64,000 nt of DNA from Pirellulales bacterium (GTDB lineage Bacteria > Planctomycetota > Planctomycetia > Pirellulales > JBBDJB01), in the NCBI GenBank assembly GCA_040880125.1, contig JBBDJB010000032.1:11090-75089 (forward strand). The letters run 5' to 3'. This document shows positions 50,791 through 61,000 of this stretch, piece after piece (within the stretch, counting starts at the first letter, position 1; each line of letters starts with the position of its first letter). The translations under genes were made by a program, and so were the position numbers. Below the pieces are notes generated by a model that saw nothing but the letters and a program-made list of their open reading frames with translations, did no database searches and was not told the DNA's origin.

Positions 50791-53349
50791 TTACCCGGTG
50801 CTCTTCATGCCAAAGGCGATGCCATGTGCCGTCAGCGCGAGCAGCCGCTCCAGCGTCTCGTCCGAGTTGGAGGCTTCCGGCCGCTGCCGCCACTGCCGGA
50901 GAAACTGGATCTGCAGATAGTTTAGCGGATCGACGTAGGGGTTCCGCAGCTTGATCGACTCGGCCAGCACCGGGTTTCGCTCCAGCAACCGCCGTCGCTG
51001 TGAAACTTGCAGCACCATCGCGACAGAGCGCTGGTGCTCCTGTTCGATCCGCCCAAAGATCTCGTCGCGCAGCGAATGCGACTCGACAAGTTCGGCGTAC
51101 CGCCTGGCGATGTTCATGTCCGCCTTGGCCAGCGACATCTCGGCATTGTCCAGCAGCAGCGCAAAGAAGGGCCACTTGGCGTGCATGTCGCGCAGCCGCA
51201 CGAGTCCGTCTGGCTCCTCGTCAATGAACCGCTCCAGCGCGTGCCCGACGCCGAACCAGGCCGAGATCAAATGCCGCGACTGCGTCCACGCGAACACCCA
51301 GGGGATCGCCCGCAGGTCGGCGAAGCTGGCGGCTTGCTTGCGATGGCTGGGCCGGGAGCCGATTTTCAAATGTTGTACCAGGTCGATCGGCGTCGCCTGG
51401 CGGAAGTAGTCGAGAAACCCCGACGTCTCGCCCACCAGCCCGTAGTAGAACCGGCGTGACTCGTCCGCTAATCGCTCCATGGCGATTTCCCAGCGAGAGT
51501 GCTCTTCCGGGAGCTTCTCATCCGGCGAAGGCAGACACTCGGCGGCGATGACTGCGGAGGTGAGCTGCTCCAGGTTGCGGACGGCGATGGCGGGGCTGGA
51601 GTACTTGAGCGAGATGACCTCGCCCTGTTCCGTGATGCGGATACGGCCGCCATGCACTGCGGTGGGCGTCGCGCGGAGCGTCTCGTGGCTTTGCCCGCCG
51701 CCGCGGTCGATCGACCCCCCCTTGCCGTGAAAGAACCGCAAGCCAATACCCTGCTCGTCGGCAAGCGCCGCAAGTTGCCGTTCGGCGCGATACAGGTTCC
51801 AGTTGGCGGCCAGGTAGCCGCCGTCCTTGTTCGAATCGGAGTAGCCGAGCATCACCTCCTGCACATCACCTCGGTGACGGAGATGGGCTCGATAAACGCC
51901 GTCGCGCCAAAGATCTTGCACCAGGCCGCCGCAGCGCTTCAAGTCGTCGATCGTTTCGAACAGCGGCACTACATCCAGATCGCGCAGACCGGCGCTGTTG
52001 GCCAGATCGAGCAGCTTGCGCACGTCGGCTGTGCTGTGAGTCATGCTCAGTACGTAGCGATTCGACGCCCGCGCGCCGTACCGGGCTTGCAGATCGTGCT
52101 GCGTTCGGAATTGCTCTCGGATCGCGTTTTCGTCCGAATGCAGCTTGTCGCTCTCGTCCCGAAAGTCGAGCTCCGCCAGGTGGAAACCAAACACCTGCGA
52201 CTGCCGAATCAGCCGCGATACTCGCCCCAGGGCCGCACGCCGGGCGTTTTGCTGATACAGCCGGTCACGGATGTGCTCAAGATCGGCGACGAACTGGTCC
52301 GACGACTCGTATCCGCCTGGCAACTTGTCCGCGATCACCAGAAGCTGTTTACGAAATACCTCGTCCGGTTCGAGCGGCAGGCGCGAAACATCGATCTCTT
52401 CGGTGCCGCGCCGCAATCCTCGCTCGCTCGACGGTTCCTTACTTCCCATGGCATCATCATCCGCTGATCCGGACACTCGCGTTGAGATCGTGCCGGACTG
52501 GAGATCCTCAGTTACAAAATCGCCGTCCTGGCCGGTGTGGCTCAATTCCGCGAACAGCTTCGAGATTTGGTTACGATAAAAGCTCAACACTCGCTGCTGC
52601 TGCCACTGCATCGACTGGCGGCTGACCTCCGGCGTAACGTATGGATTGCCGTCACGGTCGCCGCCGATCCAACTGGCGAAGGTCAGGATCGGTCGCCCCA
52701 GCCGTACCGTTGGATAGTATTGGGCCAGTCCACGGTCGATGATCTGGTAGAAATCCGCCACGGCTTGGAAGATCGTGCGGTCGAAAAACGACAGCGCATT
52801 GTCGACTTCGTCCAGCGGCTCCGGCCGGCGACGACGGACCTCTTCAGTTTGCCAGAGCGACTCCAGAATCTCATCCGGATCGGCCGGCCACTCCCGCAGT
52901 CGCCACAGGTGATACAGCACGCTCTCGCGCGTCGCCTCCGTGGGATGAGCAGTCAGGACTGGTTCGATCTCGATCGAATCCAGCACCGCTTGCAGCTTCT
53001 CCGCGGTGACGCCCGCCTGTTTGAGCTCGCGCAAGATGCGATGCAGCGACTGCTTCGGCTCGGGGGCTTCACGCAGCTTGCGGATGCGTGCCCGTTCTTC
53101 GCACAGGTTCACGAGCTGAAAGAAGAGGCTGAACGCGTGCGCCGTCTGCTCGGCCTCGTGGATCGATAGCCCCTGGATGAGCTGCTGCATGTTGCCGGTG
53201 TGTTCCGGGTCGGGATTCCGCCGCATCCTCTTGGCCAGCTTCCGGGCCTGCTCGATATGTTGGTAGGCCGTCTTGCCTGCCTGCTCGCGAACGATATTCC
53301 CCAGCCGCGTGGTAATGAAACGAACCTCGCGGCGTAGTTGCCGATCCAT
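50791..53349 (-). CDS. ppc: phosphoenolpyruvate carboxylase
   Basis: 852 aa with VLTAHPTE, FHGKGGSIDRGGG, GYSDSNKDGG, and a C-terminal ...AFGMKSTG that corresponds to the canonical ...NTG end. Confidence 0.96.
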   Translation of the reverse strand: MDRQLRREVRFITTRLGNIVREQAGKTAYQHIEQARKLAKRMRRNPDPEHTGNMQQLIQGLSIHEAEQTAHAFSLFFQLVNLCEERARIRKLREAPEPKQSLHRILRELKQAGVTAEKLQAVLDSIEIEPVLTAHPTEATRESVLYHLWRLREWPADPDEILESLWQTEEVRRRRPEPLDEVDNALSFFDRTIFQAVADFYQIIDRGLAQYYPTVRLGRPILTFASWIGGDRDGNPYVTPEVSRQSMQWQQQRVLSFYRNQISKLFAELSHTGQDGDFVTEDLQSGTISTRVSGSADDDAMGSKEPSSERGLRRGTEEIDVSRLPLEPDEVFRKQLLVIADKLPGGYESSDQFVADLEHIRDRLYQQNARRAALGRVSRLIRQSQVFGFHLAELDFRDESDKLHSDENAIREQFRTQHDLQARYGARASNRYVLSMTHSTADVRKLLDLANSAGLRDLDVVPLFETIDDLKRCGGLVQDLWRDGVYRAHLRHRGDVQEVMLGYSDSNKDGGYLAANWNLYRAERQLAALADEQGIGLRFFHGKGGSIDRGGGQSHETLRATPTAVHGGRIRITEQGEVISLKYSSPAIAVRNLEQLTSAVIAAECLPSPDEKLPEEHSRWEIAMERLADESRRFYYGLVGETSGFLDYFRQATPIDLVQHLKIGSRPSHRKQAASFADLRAIPWVFAWTQSRHLISAWFGVGHALERFIDEEPDGLVRLRDMHAKWPFFALLLDNAEMSLAKADMNIARRYAELVESHSLRDEIFGRIEQEHQRSVAMVLQVSQRRRLLERNPVLAESIKLRNPYVDPLNYLQIQFLRQWRQRPEASNSDETLERLLALTAHGIAFGMKSTG

Positions 53350-53800
53350 CGAGCCCTCCAGATTGAGACAATGATTTGGGAGCGTAATCTTCCAAAGCTA
53401 TCGTGGACGCCTACGTAGTCGTGAGCCTTCGCCCGAATAACTGCCGAAATGCGAGTGTTACCTTCTATGCTATCCCTGCCGACAGCGCACGAGGTAGCTT
53501 AAGGTTTTTCGGTCCGTTCGTCAGGAGGGTCGCACCCCGGTCGACGGGGACATGTCGAGCGAGCGGCACGGTCCGTGCTGCTTTTGATACTCCCGAAGGT
53601 TCTCTAGCTTGTTCACGCTGCCGCGGACGCAGATCGTCCGCAGGCCTGGACCGCGCAGTTCGGCCGGGACCGGCTTCGGTTGACAATGCCGTGGTGCGCG
53701 GCTGGAAGGTAGCAGCCGCTTGCGGATGGGAATGCCTGCCCAGAACGGGCCGAAACATCGGCGAGCTCGCGTGAGGCGCACCGAGTTGCTGCTGAGCAGT

Positions 53801-54895
53801 TCAATACCGCAGGAAGGCGGCGACGTGGCCGACCTTCGTCAGGCCGGGCATCTCGTCCACGTAGTCGACCTGACCGCTGGTAAGTTCCACTTGTCGTGTC
53901 AGCGCGTCGACAAGATCGACTTCAAATACGGAGCTGAATCCACACAGTTGGCACGTTTGCGGCGTTCCGTGCACGAGGTGCTCGCACTTGCGGCATTGCG
54001 TTCCGGTGATGCGAGCATCACGGGTGACGATCATCGTGTCCACGCGTCCCGCCAGTGCCGCTTCCAACACGGCGGTGCCTCCCACGGCCCCGCGTCCGTG
54101 GCTCATGTACTCGTCCTTGATCCGCTGCCAAAGATTCCTTTCATCTTGCCGTTCTTCGGCAAAATACTCCTCGTACGCCTGCTCAATTAGCGCATCCTGT
54201 CCCCGGCCTAGGTCGAACGGGTCCTTCGCCACCACCAAATCGGCCAGATGCTGCGGCAACTCGCTCTCGATCTCCTGCATTGTTTCGCTGGAGCCGATCA
54301 ATACCACGCGCTGAAAGTCACGTTGCTTTTGCAGCCCGCTGAGAGCCTCACCGACGTCCTTAGCGTAATTGTTAAGGGCGTTCTCGCGGCGCCGCTCGTA
54401 CCGTTGTTGCGACCACCCGCCCTTGCGGACGTGATTCTTCACGCCGCCGCGCACCGTCGCCTCGACGTTCGCCGTTTCATTGGTGACCAGAAAGATTCGC
54501 GTTTTGTCGTTGTCGCACGAGACAAGTGCAAAAGTTTCATACTCGTCCTGCAACTCCGCCAAGGGTCGGATGTAGGGCGCGGCCCCCACGTGCATCTCGG
54601 TCGGCACTGGCATCGAAATCGGATAGCCGCGGACAAAGTCGAGCAGCGCGCAGGCGAACATGCAGACGCTCTCGGCGCGTTCAACGGAATGTTCTTCCAG
54701 GACACCGCGGATGAGCTTCATGTTCTCGTCGAACAATTCCAGTTCGGTCTGGTTATCTGCAAGGAGGTCGCGCAGCGACCGCTCCCGGGCCGCCAATGCG
54801 TCAAGTCCCTCCTCTCCGCAGAAGTAGGCGGACACGAAGTCACGGCCGTTGCCTCGCATTTCCGCCAATTCCCGAAGGTCGATGTTTTGCAGCAT
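53801..54895 (-). CDS. bacterial eRF1/aRF1/Pelota-like protein (baeRF1-type), GGQ loop replaced by GGW-SQQ, Zn-ribbon insert in the C-domain
   Basis: The start is moved to ATG 54895 (MLQNIDLREL), giving 364 aa. YETFALVSCDNDKTRIFLV...VKNHVRKGGWSQQRYERRRENALNNYAKDVGE parallels eRF1 FGFIVMDGSGALFGTL...[32 protein letters not shown] (from memory). The C-terminal ...VGHVAAFLRY parallels eRF1 ...GGIGGILRY. CRKCEHLVHGTPQTCQLCG forms a zinc ribbon. Confidence 0.8.
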   Translation of the reverse strand: MLQNIDLRELAEMRGNGRDFVSAYFCGEEGLDALAARERSLRDLLADNQTELELFDENMKLIRGVLEEHSVERAESVCMFACALLDFVRGYPISMPVPTEMHVGAAPYIRPLAELQDEYETFALVSCDNDKTRIFLVTNETANVEATVRGGVKNHVRKGGWSQQRYERRRENALNNYAKDVGEALSGLQKQRDFQRVVLIGSSETMQEIESELPQHLADLVVAKDPFDLGRGQDALIEQAYEEYFAEERQDERNLWQRIKDEYMSHGRGAVGGTAVLEAALAGRVDTMIVTRDARITGTQCRKCEHLVHGTPQTCQLCGFSSVFEVDLVDALTRQVELTSGQVDYVDEMPGLTKVGHVAAFLRY

Positions 54896-55249
54896 AAGTT
54901 GTAGTGCCGAGGAGTGGTGTGAACGGGACTCGCAATCCGGAGGACTTGCTGGCGAAGAATTTCGTGCCGCCACGCAAAAGTTGCCGTCTTGAAACAACGA
55001 TTGTGGCCGATGCCGGCAATTGCAAATGGAGTGCCAGCCGCCGCTGACCGGTTCGGTGGGCCTCGTCTGCAAGGGCTTATGAATGGATCCCGCCCCGGGG
55101 GGCGGCACGGCCCCCGTCAATCATGCCGACTCGATGGATGCTATGGCATCTATCTTGCACAAAACCACTTTCATTCGTCCGCTCTGGGTATCGCTGTGGC
55201 CCCGACCCGGGCCAACGCACACCACCTCGTTTGGTCGTTTCGGCAGATC

Positions 55250-55876
55250 ATGTTCGACTGGATAAAGAACATCACCGAGTCGCTGAGCTACTGGAGCCTC
55301 GGATTATTAATGATCCTGGAGAACGTTTTTCCGCCAATTCCCTCGGAAGTTGTCATGCCGTCCGCAGGTTTCGCGGCCCGAAGCGGTCAATTGTCCTTCG
55401 TGGGCGTAGTGGCGGTGGGGACGCTCGGTTCCCTCCTCGGAACCACACCCTGGTACTTCGCCGCCAAGTGGCTGGGAGAGGAGCGGTTGTGTCGTTGGAT
55501 CGACGCACACGGCAAGTGGTTGGCCATTAATCGCCGCGAAATGGAGCGGGCGATGAAGTGGTTCTCCCGCTGGGGAGCCACGGCAGTGTTCCTGGGCAGG
55601 ATGATCCCAGGCCTTCGCACACTAATCAGTGTTCCGGCCGGTTTCGCCCAGATGCCATTTGGGCGATTCCTTGCATTCTCGGCGCTGAGCAGTGCAGTCT
55701 GGAACGTGTCGCTCGCGTGGCTAGGTTGGATGTGGCGCGACAACTATCGTGAGATCGGCACATACGTGGGATGGATCGGCAGTGCCGTTATCTCCGGCAT
55801 CGCCATCTGGTGGCTGGCGCGACTGGCAAGAAGACGCGGGTGGTTCGGCCCGATCGCCCGATCATCGGATTCGTGA
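55250..55876 (+). CDS. DedA family (VTT/SNARE-associated domain) membrane protein
   Basis: The start is moved to ATG 55250 (MFDWIKNITESLSYWSLGLLMILENVFPPIPSEVVMP). GRMIPGLRTLISVPAG is a DedA signature. Confidence 0.9.
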   Translation: MFDWIKNITESLSYWSLGLLMILENVFPPIPSEVVMPSAGFAARSGQLSFVGVVAVGTLGSLLGTTPWYFAAKWLGEERLCRWIDAHGKWLAINRREMERAMKWFSRWGATAVFLGRMIPGLRTLISVPAGFAQMPFGRFLAFSALSSAVWNVSLAWLGWMWRDNYREIGTYVGWIGSAVISGIAIWWLARLARRRGWFGPIARSSDS

Positions 55877-55925
55877 CCGTGAAGTGTCCGGCCGGCGCTA
55901 CACGCGCGAAGCTGGTCAATGGCTG

Positions 55926-57488
55926 TCACCCAGTGGCATCCGGCCGCTCTCGTACGTGGCTGGCGTCGATGCTGCGCGGCAGCGGCAATCCCAATATGGA
56001 AAGGCAAAGCGGAGCCACGTCGACGGTGCGCGGTTGTTCCGGCAGCGCGATGCCCCCGGGCGCACCTGCGACGATCAGCGGGACTTGAGAATCGTCGATG
56101 TGCAGCGATCCGTGCGATCCGCCGGGATGTCTGGAGGTTCTGGGCGTATGTAGCTCGAATCCCGGCCGGGCCGTGATCCACAGATCGCCCGAAACGTCCT
56201 TGTGAAACGCCATCGCGATCCGCTCCATGGCGTTGGGGTACTCGCCGTATTGAAGCCTGCGATCGACGACATCTGCGTCAATCGCACGCAACTGGCCTTC
56301 CCATTGCCAATACCCGCCGTAAGCGTCGGATGCCATCGCATGGCCCTCGGAGACGGCACGAAAAGCGACTTCTCCCCGTTCGGAAGTGGCCACATGGAAA
56401 GTGGTGTGGTTCTCGTCATCAAGTTGCCCTCGCCAGATCACCTGGTCGATGCGGTCGTCAGCGAGCAGTTGATCCTTGATCTGGGCGAGCTTCGGCCAAT
56501 AGCCGCGACGCAGATAGATTTGCGCCGCCCTCATGTTGGGGCAAACCATCAGTTCGTCGTCGCTGTCCCAGGACTTGCCGGCATCGACCAGTTCGAAGTT
56601 CTGCAGCACCTCGTTCAGATCCACGGCTTCTCGGCCGGAGAGGTCGCGCATGTCGGTCTGCGAATGATCGCCGGTAATCACCACCGCCAATTCGCTCAGC
56701 ATACGCTCCAGGCCGCCAAGCTGGTCGATGAGCTTACCGAGCGTTTTGTCGATCGCCTGGAGAGAGTCGATCGCCTGCTGCGGGCCGACCTCGTGGCTGC
56801 GAAAGTCGTTGTCCGGAAAGTAGGCCAGCGTGAAGTCGGGCAGATCAGCCTCGGCAACCAATTCCAGAAGATACTCCGCGGTCGTCGAATCGTCGAAGCC
56901 AAACCGATGGAAGGGGCCGCCGGAGGCTTCGAGTTCTTCGTCCATCTGCTTCGGCTTGCTCGTGACGAAATCGCCCAGACACAGTATCCGCGGACCTCGC
57001 ACCGCTTCCCTCTTGGGCACGCCCGGTAGCAGGCGAAGCAGCCAGGGAACGTTCACCGCGTGTTCTGTATCGCCGCGGAACCAAAGGTAATTGATGCAAC
57101 CCGCGCGCAGTCCGGCGCGTTCAACGCGCTCGAATAGAGTCTCCTGCTTGAGGAGGTCGAGGTTCAGCTTCTTTAAGAAGTCATCGAAGAACTCACCGAT
57201 GCCCTTCTCGAGGATGATCCAGAAGTCGTCGCCGTAGTAGTAAACCGCATCCTCGGCTGTATCGTAGAAGTGTGCACCGGTGATTCCCGTATCGCGCGGA
57301 TAACAGCCGGTGACGATCCCGGCGGTCGCCGCGGGCGTGATCGAGGGAAAGATCGGCACGCATCCGGGATGCATCCAGCCGGCGTCAACCAGTCGCTTGA
57401 AATTCGGCAGCCGACCGTCTTGAAGCGCAGGCGCGACGACACGCGTGGCCAGCGCGTCGATCACAATCAGAAGTACTTTCTTGCGCAT
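55926..57488 (-). CDS. alkaline-phosphatase-superfamily enzyme, nucleotide pyrophosphatase/phosphodiesterase (NPP) type
   Basis: The start is moved to ATG 57488. The sequence MRKKVLLIVIDALATRVVAPALQDGRLPNFKRLVDAGWMHPGCVPIFPSITPAATAGIVTGCYPRDTGITGAHFYD matches the PF01663-type N-terminus. C-terminal GDHS and GSHGS metal-site motifs are present. Confidence 0.85.
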   Translation of the reverse strand: MRKKVLLIVIDALATRVVAPALQDGRLPNFKRLVDAGWMHPGCVPIFPSITPAATAGIVTGCYPRDTGITGAHFYDTAEDAVYYYGDDFWIILEKGIGEFFDDFLKKLNLDLLKQETLFERVERAGLRAGCINYLWFRGDTEHAVNVPWLLRLLPGVPKREAVRGPRILCLGDFVTSKPKQMDEELEASGGPFHRFGFDDSTTAEYLLELVAEADLPDFTLAYFPDNDFRSHEVGPQQAIDSLQAIDKTLGKLIDQLGGLERMLSELAVVITGDHSQTDMRDLSGREAVDLNEVLQNFELVDAGKSWDSDDELMVCPNMRAAQIYLRRGYWPKLAQIKDQLLADDRIDQVIWRGQLDDENHTTFHVATSERGEVAFRAVSEGHAMASDAYGGYWQWEGQLRAIDADVVDRRLQYGEYPNAMERIAMAFHKDVSGDLWITARPGFELHTPRTSRHPGGSHGSLHIDDSQVPLIVAGAPGGIALPEQPRTVDVAPLCLSILGLPLPRSIDASHVRERPDATG

Positions 57489-58039
57489 CAGCCACTGCTC
57501 AAAACATGCCAATTTGACTCCACTACGTCTGAAACCATCGTAGCGGAGCACCCCACGGTAGACCAGCGCACCACTGCGGCACAGACTTTCCGGCGGAATC
57601 AACCTGGTTGGGCCAAGAGCTCCCACCACGAAGCCGGATGCTCCATCAGCGGCCAATTTGCTCGGAATCGGACGAAGAGTCCAATAGTCCTCCTGTGGCA
57701 CGCCTTCAACCAGACAATGCCGGTGACCTGGCATGTACTTTGGCAGCGGCCAGTGTCACGGAAGCGCACGACACTGCGAGGCGCTATCCGAGAACTAGAC
57801 GAAAATGAGCTCGCCTGTTTGAACCAACTCACCGACGCTTCCACTCCACCGCGGGTGCTCATTCAGCAGCGCCGCTTGCTCGTGGATGGGGGATTTTCCC
57901 CTTCGTACGTGTCCGCGGGAGGAACATGAAAATCGGCTTGTCTCGGGTTTCGTTTGAACTGGTGTTGCCTGTTCACTCCACTGACCAGCCGATAAAATTA
58001 GGATTTCGCAGACGCGCGCGGTGGCATCCGAGATTGTTC

Positions 58040-61000
58040 ATGGCCAAAAAACGACCTGGCAACCCAAGCGAATCCTCGGAGCAAGGCACCGCCGGAACGG
58101 AAGCTGACCAGCCGACGGAAGTCTTGGACCAGAGAGACCAACGAATACGGCCCGAGAAACATTTCCCCGTCATTGGCATTGGTGCTTCGGCGGGGGGATT
58201 GGCTGCGCTGCGGCAGTTTTTCGCCAACGTCCCCGAAAACAGCGGCGTGGCGTTCGTGGTCGTGGTGCATCTGTCGCCCGAACACAAGAGCCATCTCGCG
58301 GAACTGCTCCAGCCGCACGTGAAGATGCCGGTCGAGCAGGTGTCCAAGACGCTGCCGCTGGAAGCGAACCACGTGTACGTGATTCCCCCGGGCGCGAATC
58401 TCGACACGATCGACACGCATCTGCGACTCAGCGAACTCGAGAAGCGGCGGCAAGAGCGGGCGCCGATCGATCACTTTCTGCGCACCCTCGCGGCAACCCA
58501 CGAAAGCTCCGCCATCGGTGTGATTCTCACCGGCACCGGCTCGGACGGCACGCTGGGAATGAAAGAGATCAAAGAGAAGGGCGGCCTGACAGTCGTGCAG
58601 AATCCAGGCGAGGCCGAATACGATGGAATGCCGCAAAGCGCCATCGCCACCGGGCTGATCGACCTGGTCCTGCCTCTGGCCAGCATCCCGGAGGCAGTGC
58701 TACGTTTCGTCCGTACGCAGCCGCAGATACCGCATGCGGAAGAGGACGAGTCGATGGCGGAGGAAACCCGGCGGCTGCTGCAAAAGATCTTCGCCCAGCT
58801 TCGGGCCCGTACGGGCCGTGATTTCAGCCGCTACAAGCGCTCGACGATTCTGCGGCGGATCCAGCGGCGGATGCAGCTTCGCCAGATCGAGCAGTTCTCG
58901 CGCTACCTCGAGACGGTGCACGACGAGCCGGATGAAATACGACGGCTCGCCGACGACCTGCTGATCACCGTCACCAGCTTTTTCCGCGACCGCGAGGTAT
59001 TTGAGAAGCTCGAGAAGGACGTCATCCCTCAACTGTTCGAGGGCAAGGGCCCGAAGGATGAGATTCGCGTGTGGAGCGTGGGCTGCGCGACGGGCGAAGA
59101 AGCATTCTCTGTAGCCATGCTGTTGCTGGAGGAGGCGCGGCGTCGCGACTGCCCTCCGCGCATTCAGGTCTTCGCCAGCGATCTGCACGAGCGTTCCCTC
59201 CGCCAGGCCCGTGAAGGGTTTTATCCCGGCGATGTTGAGACCGACGTCTCCCCGGAGCGGCTAAAGCGTTTCTTCGTCCACGAGGAGGGTGGTTACCGGA
59301 TACGCAACGAGGTGCGCGAGCTGGTGGTCTACGCGCCGCATAATCTGATGGGCGATCCCCCGTTCTCACGCCTGGACCTGGCTACTTGCCGCAATTTGTT
59401 GATTTATATCCAGCGAGACGTGCAGCGAGACATCATCGAACTATTTCACTACGCGCTTAAGCCTGAGGGCTATCTGGTGCTCGGTACGTCCGAGATGATC
59501 GAGGCAGGCGATCTGTTTCGAGTCGAGGACAAAAAGTGCTGCATCTATCGCAAGCGAAACGTTCCTGCGCCGGAGCCGAGGCTGCCTGTATTTCCCTTAG
59601 AGCGTTCTCGGAAGGCAATGCAGGACGGCCACGCGGATCCGCAAAGCGCACCGATGGCGTTCGGCGCGCTGCACCAGCGGATCGTTGAGCAGTACGCTCC
59701 GCCCAGTATTCTGATCAGCCCGGACGATAAGGTAGTTCACCTTTCCGAGCATGCCGGCCGCTATCTACTCACGCCCGGCGGCGAGCCGACGATGAACGTG
59801 TACCAGCTTGTGCGGCGGGAGCTCCATCTCGAACTGAGAACGGCTCTGGACGTCGCGCGCAGCAAGCACGAGCCCGTCACGACCCAGCCGGTGCTCGTCC
59901 GTTTCGATGGCGAGGCGCGCTTTGTGGTAATGCACGTGCGGCCGTCGGTGGAGCCGCGCCCAGACGAGTTCGCCGTGGTCCTTTTTGAGGGGCGGCCGAC
60001 TGCGGAAGTGCATGGCGAAGAGATGCACGCCGCTGGGCCGAAGAAGTCCTCCTCCCTGACAAACGACCAAGTGACCGACCACGCTCAGGATTTGGAACTG
60101 GAGCTGCGCCAGACGCGGCAGCGGTTGCAGGTCATTATCGAGGAGTACGAGGCCGGCCAGGAAGAGATGAGGGCCTCGAACGAAGAAATGCAGTCGACCA
60201 ACGAAGAGCTCCGTTCGATGATGGAAGAACTGGAGACTTCGAAGGAAGAACTGCAGAGCATGAACGAGGAGTTGCAAACCGTCAACCAAGAAAACCGCCA
60301 CAAAGTGGAGGAGCTCTCGCAGCTTTCGAGCGATCTGCAGAACCTGCTGGCGGCTACCGACATCGCCACGGTCTTCCTGGACCGCGAACTCCGCATCCTG
60401 CGGTTTACTCCCAGAGCCGGCGAGCTGTTTAGCGTGCGAATGACCGACCGGGGGCGGCCCCTGTCGGATCTAACGCATCGGCTCGGTTACGGAACATTGC
60501 ACGAGGATGCGGCGCAGGTGCTGGATAATCTGATCCCCATCGAACGCGAGGTCGAGGACGATTCCGGGCGGTGCTACCTGACTCGCGTTATGCCCTATCG
60601 CAGCCTGGAAGACCACATCCTGGGCATCGTCATTACACTCGTGGACATCACCAGCCGCAAAAAGGCCGAAGAAGAACTGGCGGCCGCAAAGGAGTACGCC
60701 GAGAGCATTGTGGAGACCCTGCACGAGCCGCTATTGGTGCTGGACCGCGATTTGAACGTCAAGTCGTGCAACTCGGCCTTTTATGAGCACTTCCAGGTAA
60801 GTCCGCTCAATACGGCGGGGAAGAAAGTCTACGAGTTGGGCAACGGGCAGTGGGATATCCCGGCGCTACGTAAGGTATTGGAAGATGTGCTGCCGACGAA
60901 TGAAGAATTCAACGAGTACGAGGTCACCCACGAATTCGACACGATCGGACGGAGGGTGATGCTGCTCAACGGCCGGCGGCTGGACAGCGTGCAGTTGATA

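Noticed and set aside
53563-53585. Hairpin GCGGCAC-ggtcc-GTGCTGC followed by TTTT on the plus strand, in the 450-nt gap upstream of ppc.
   Set aside because: There is no plus-strand gene or obvious promoter to terminate, and the T-run is only 4 nt. On the minus strand (the direction of both neighbouring genes) it is not followed by a U-tract. It is not called as a terminator.
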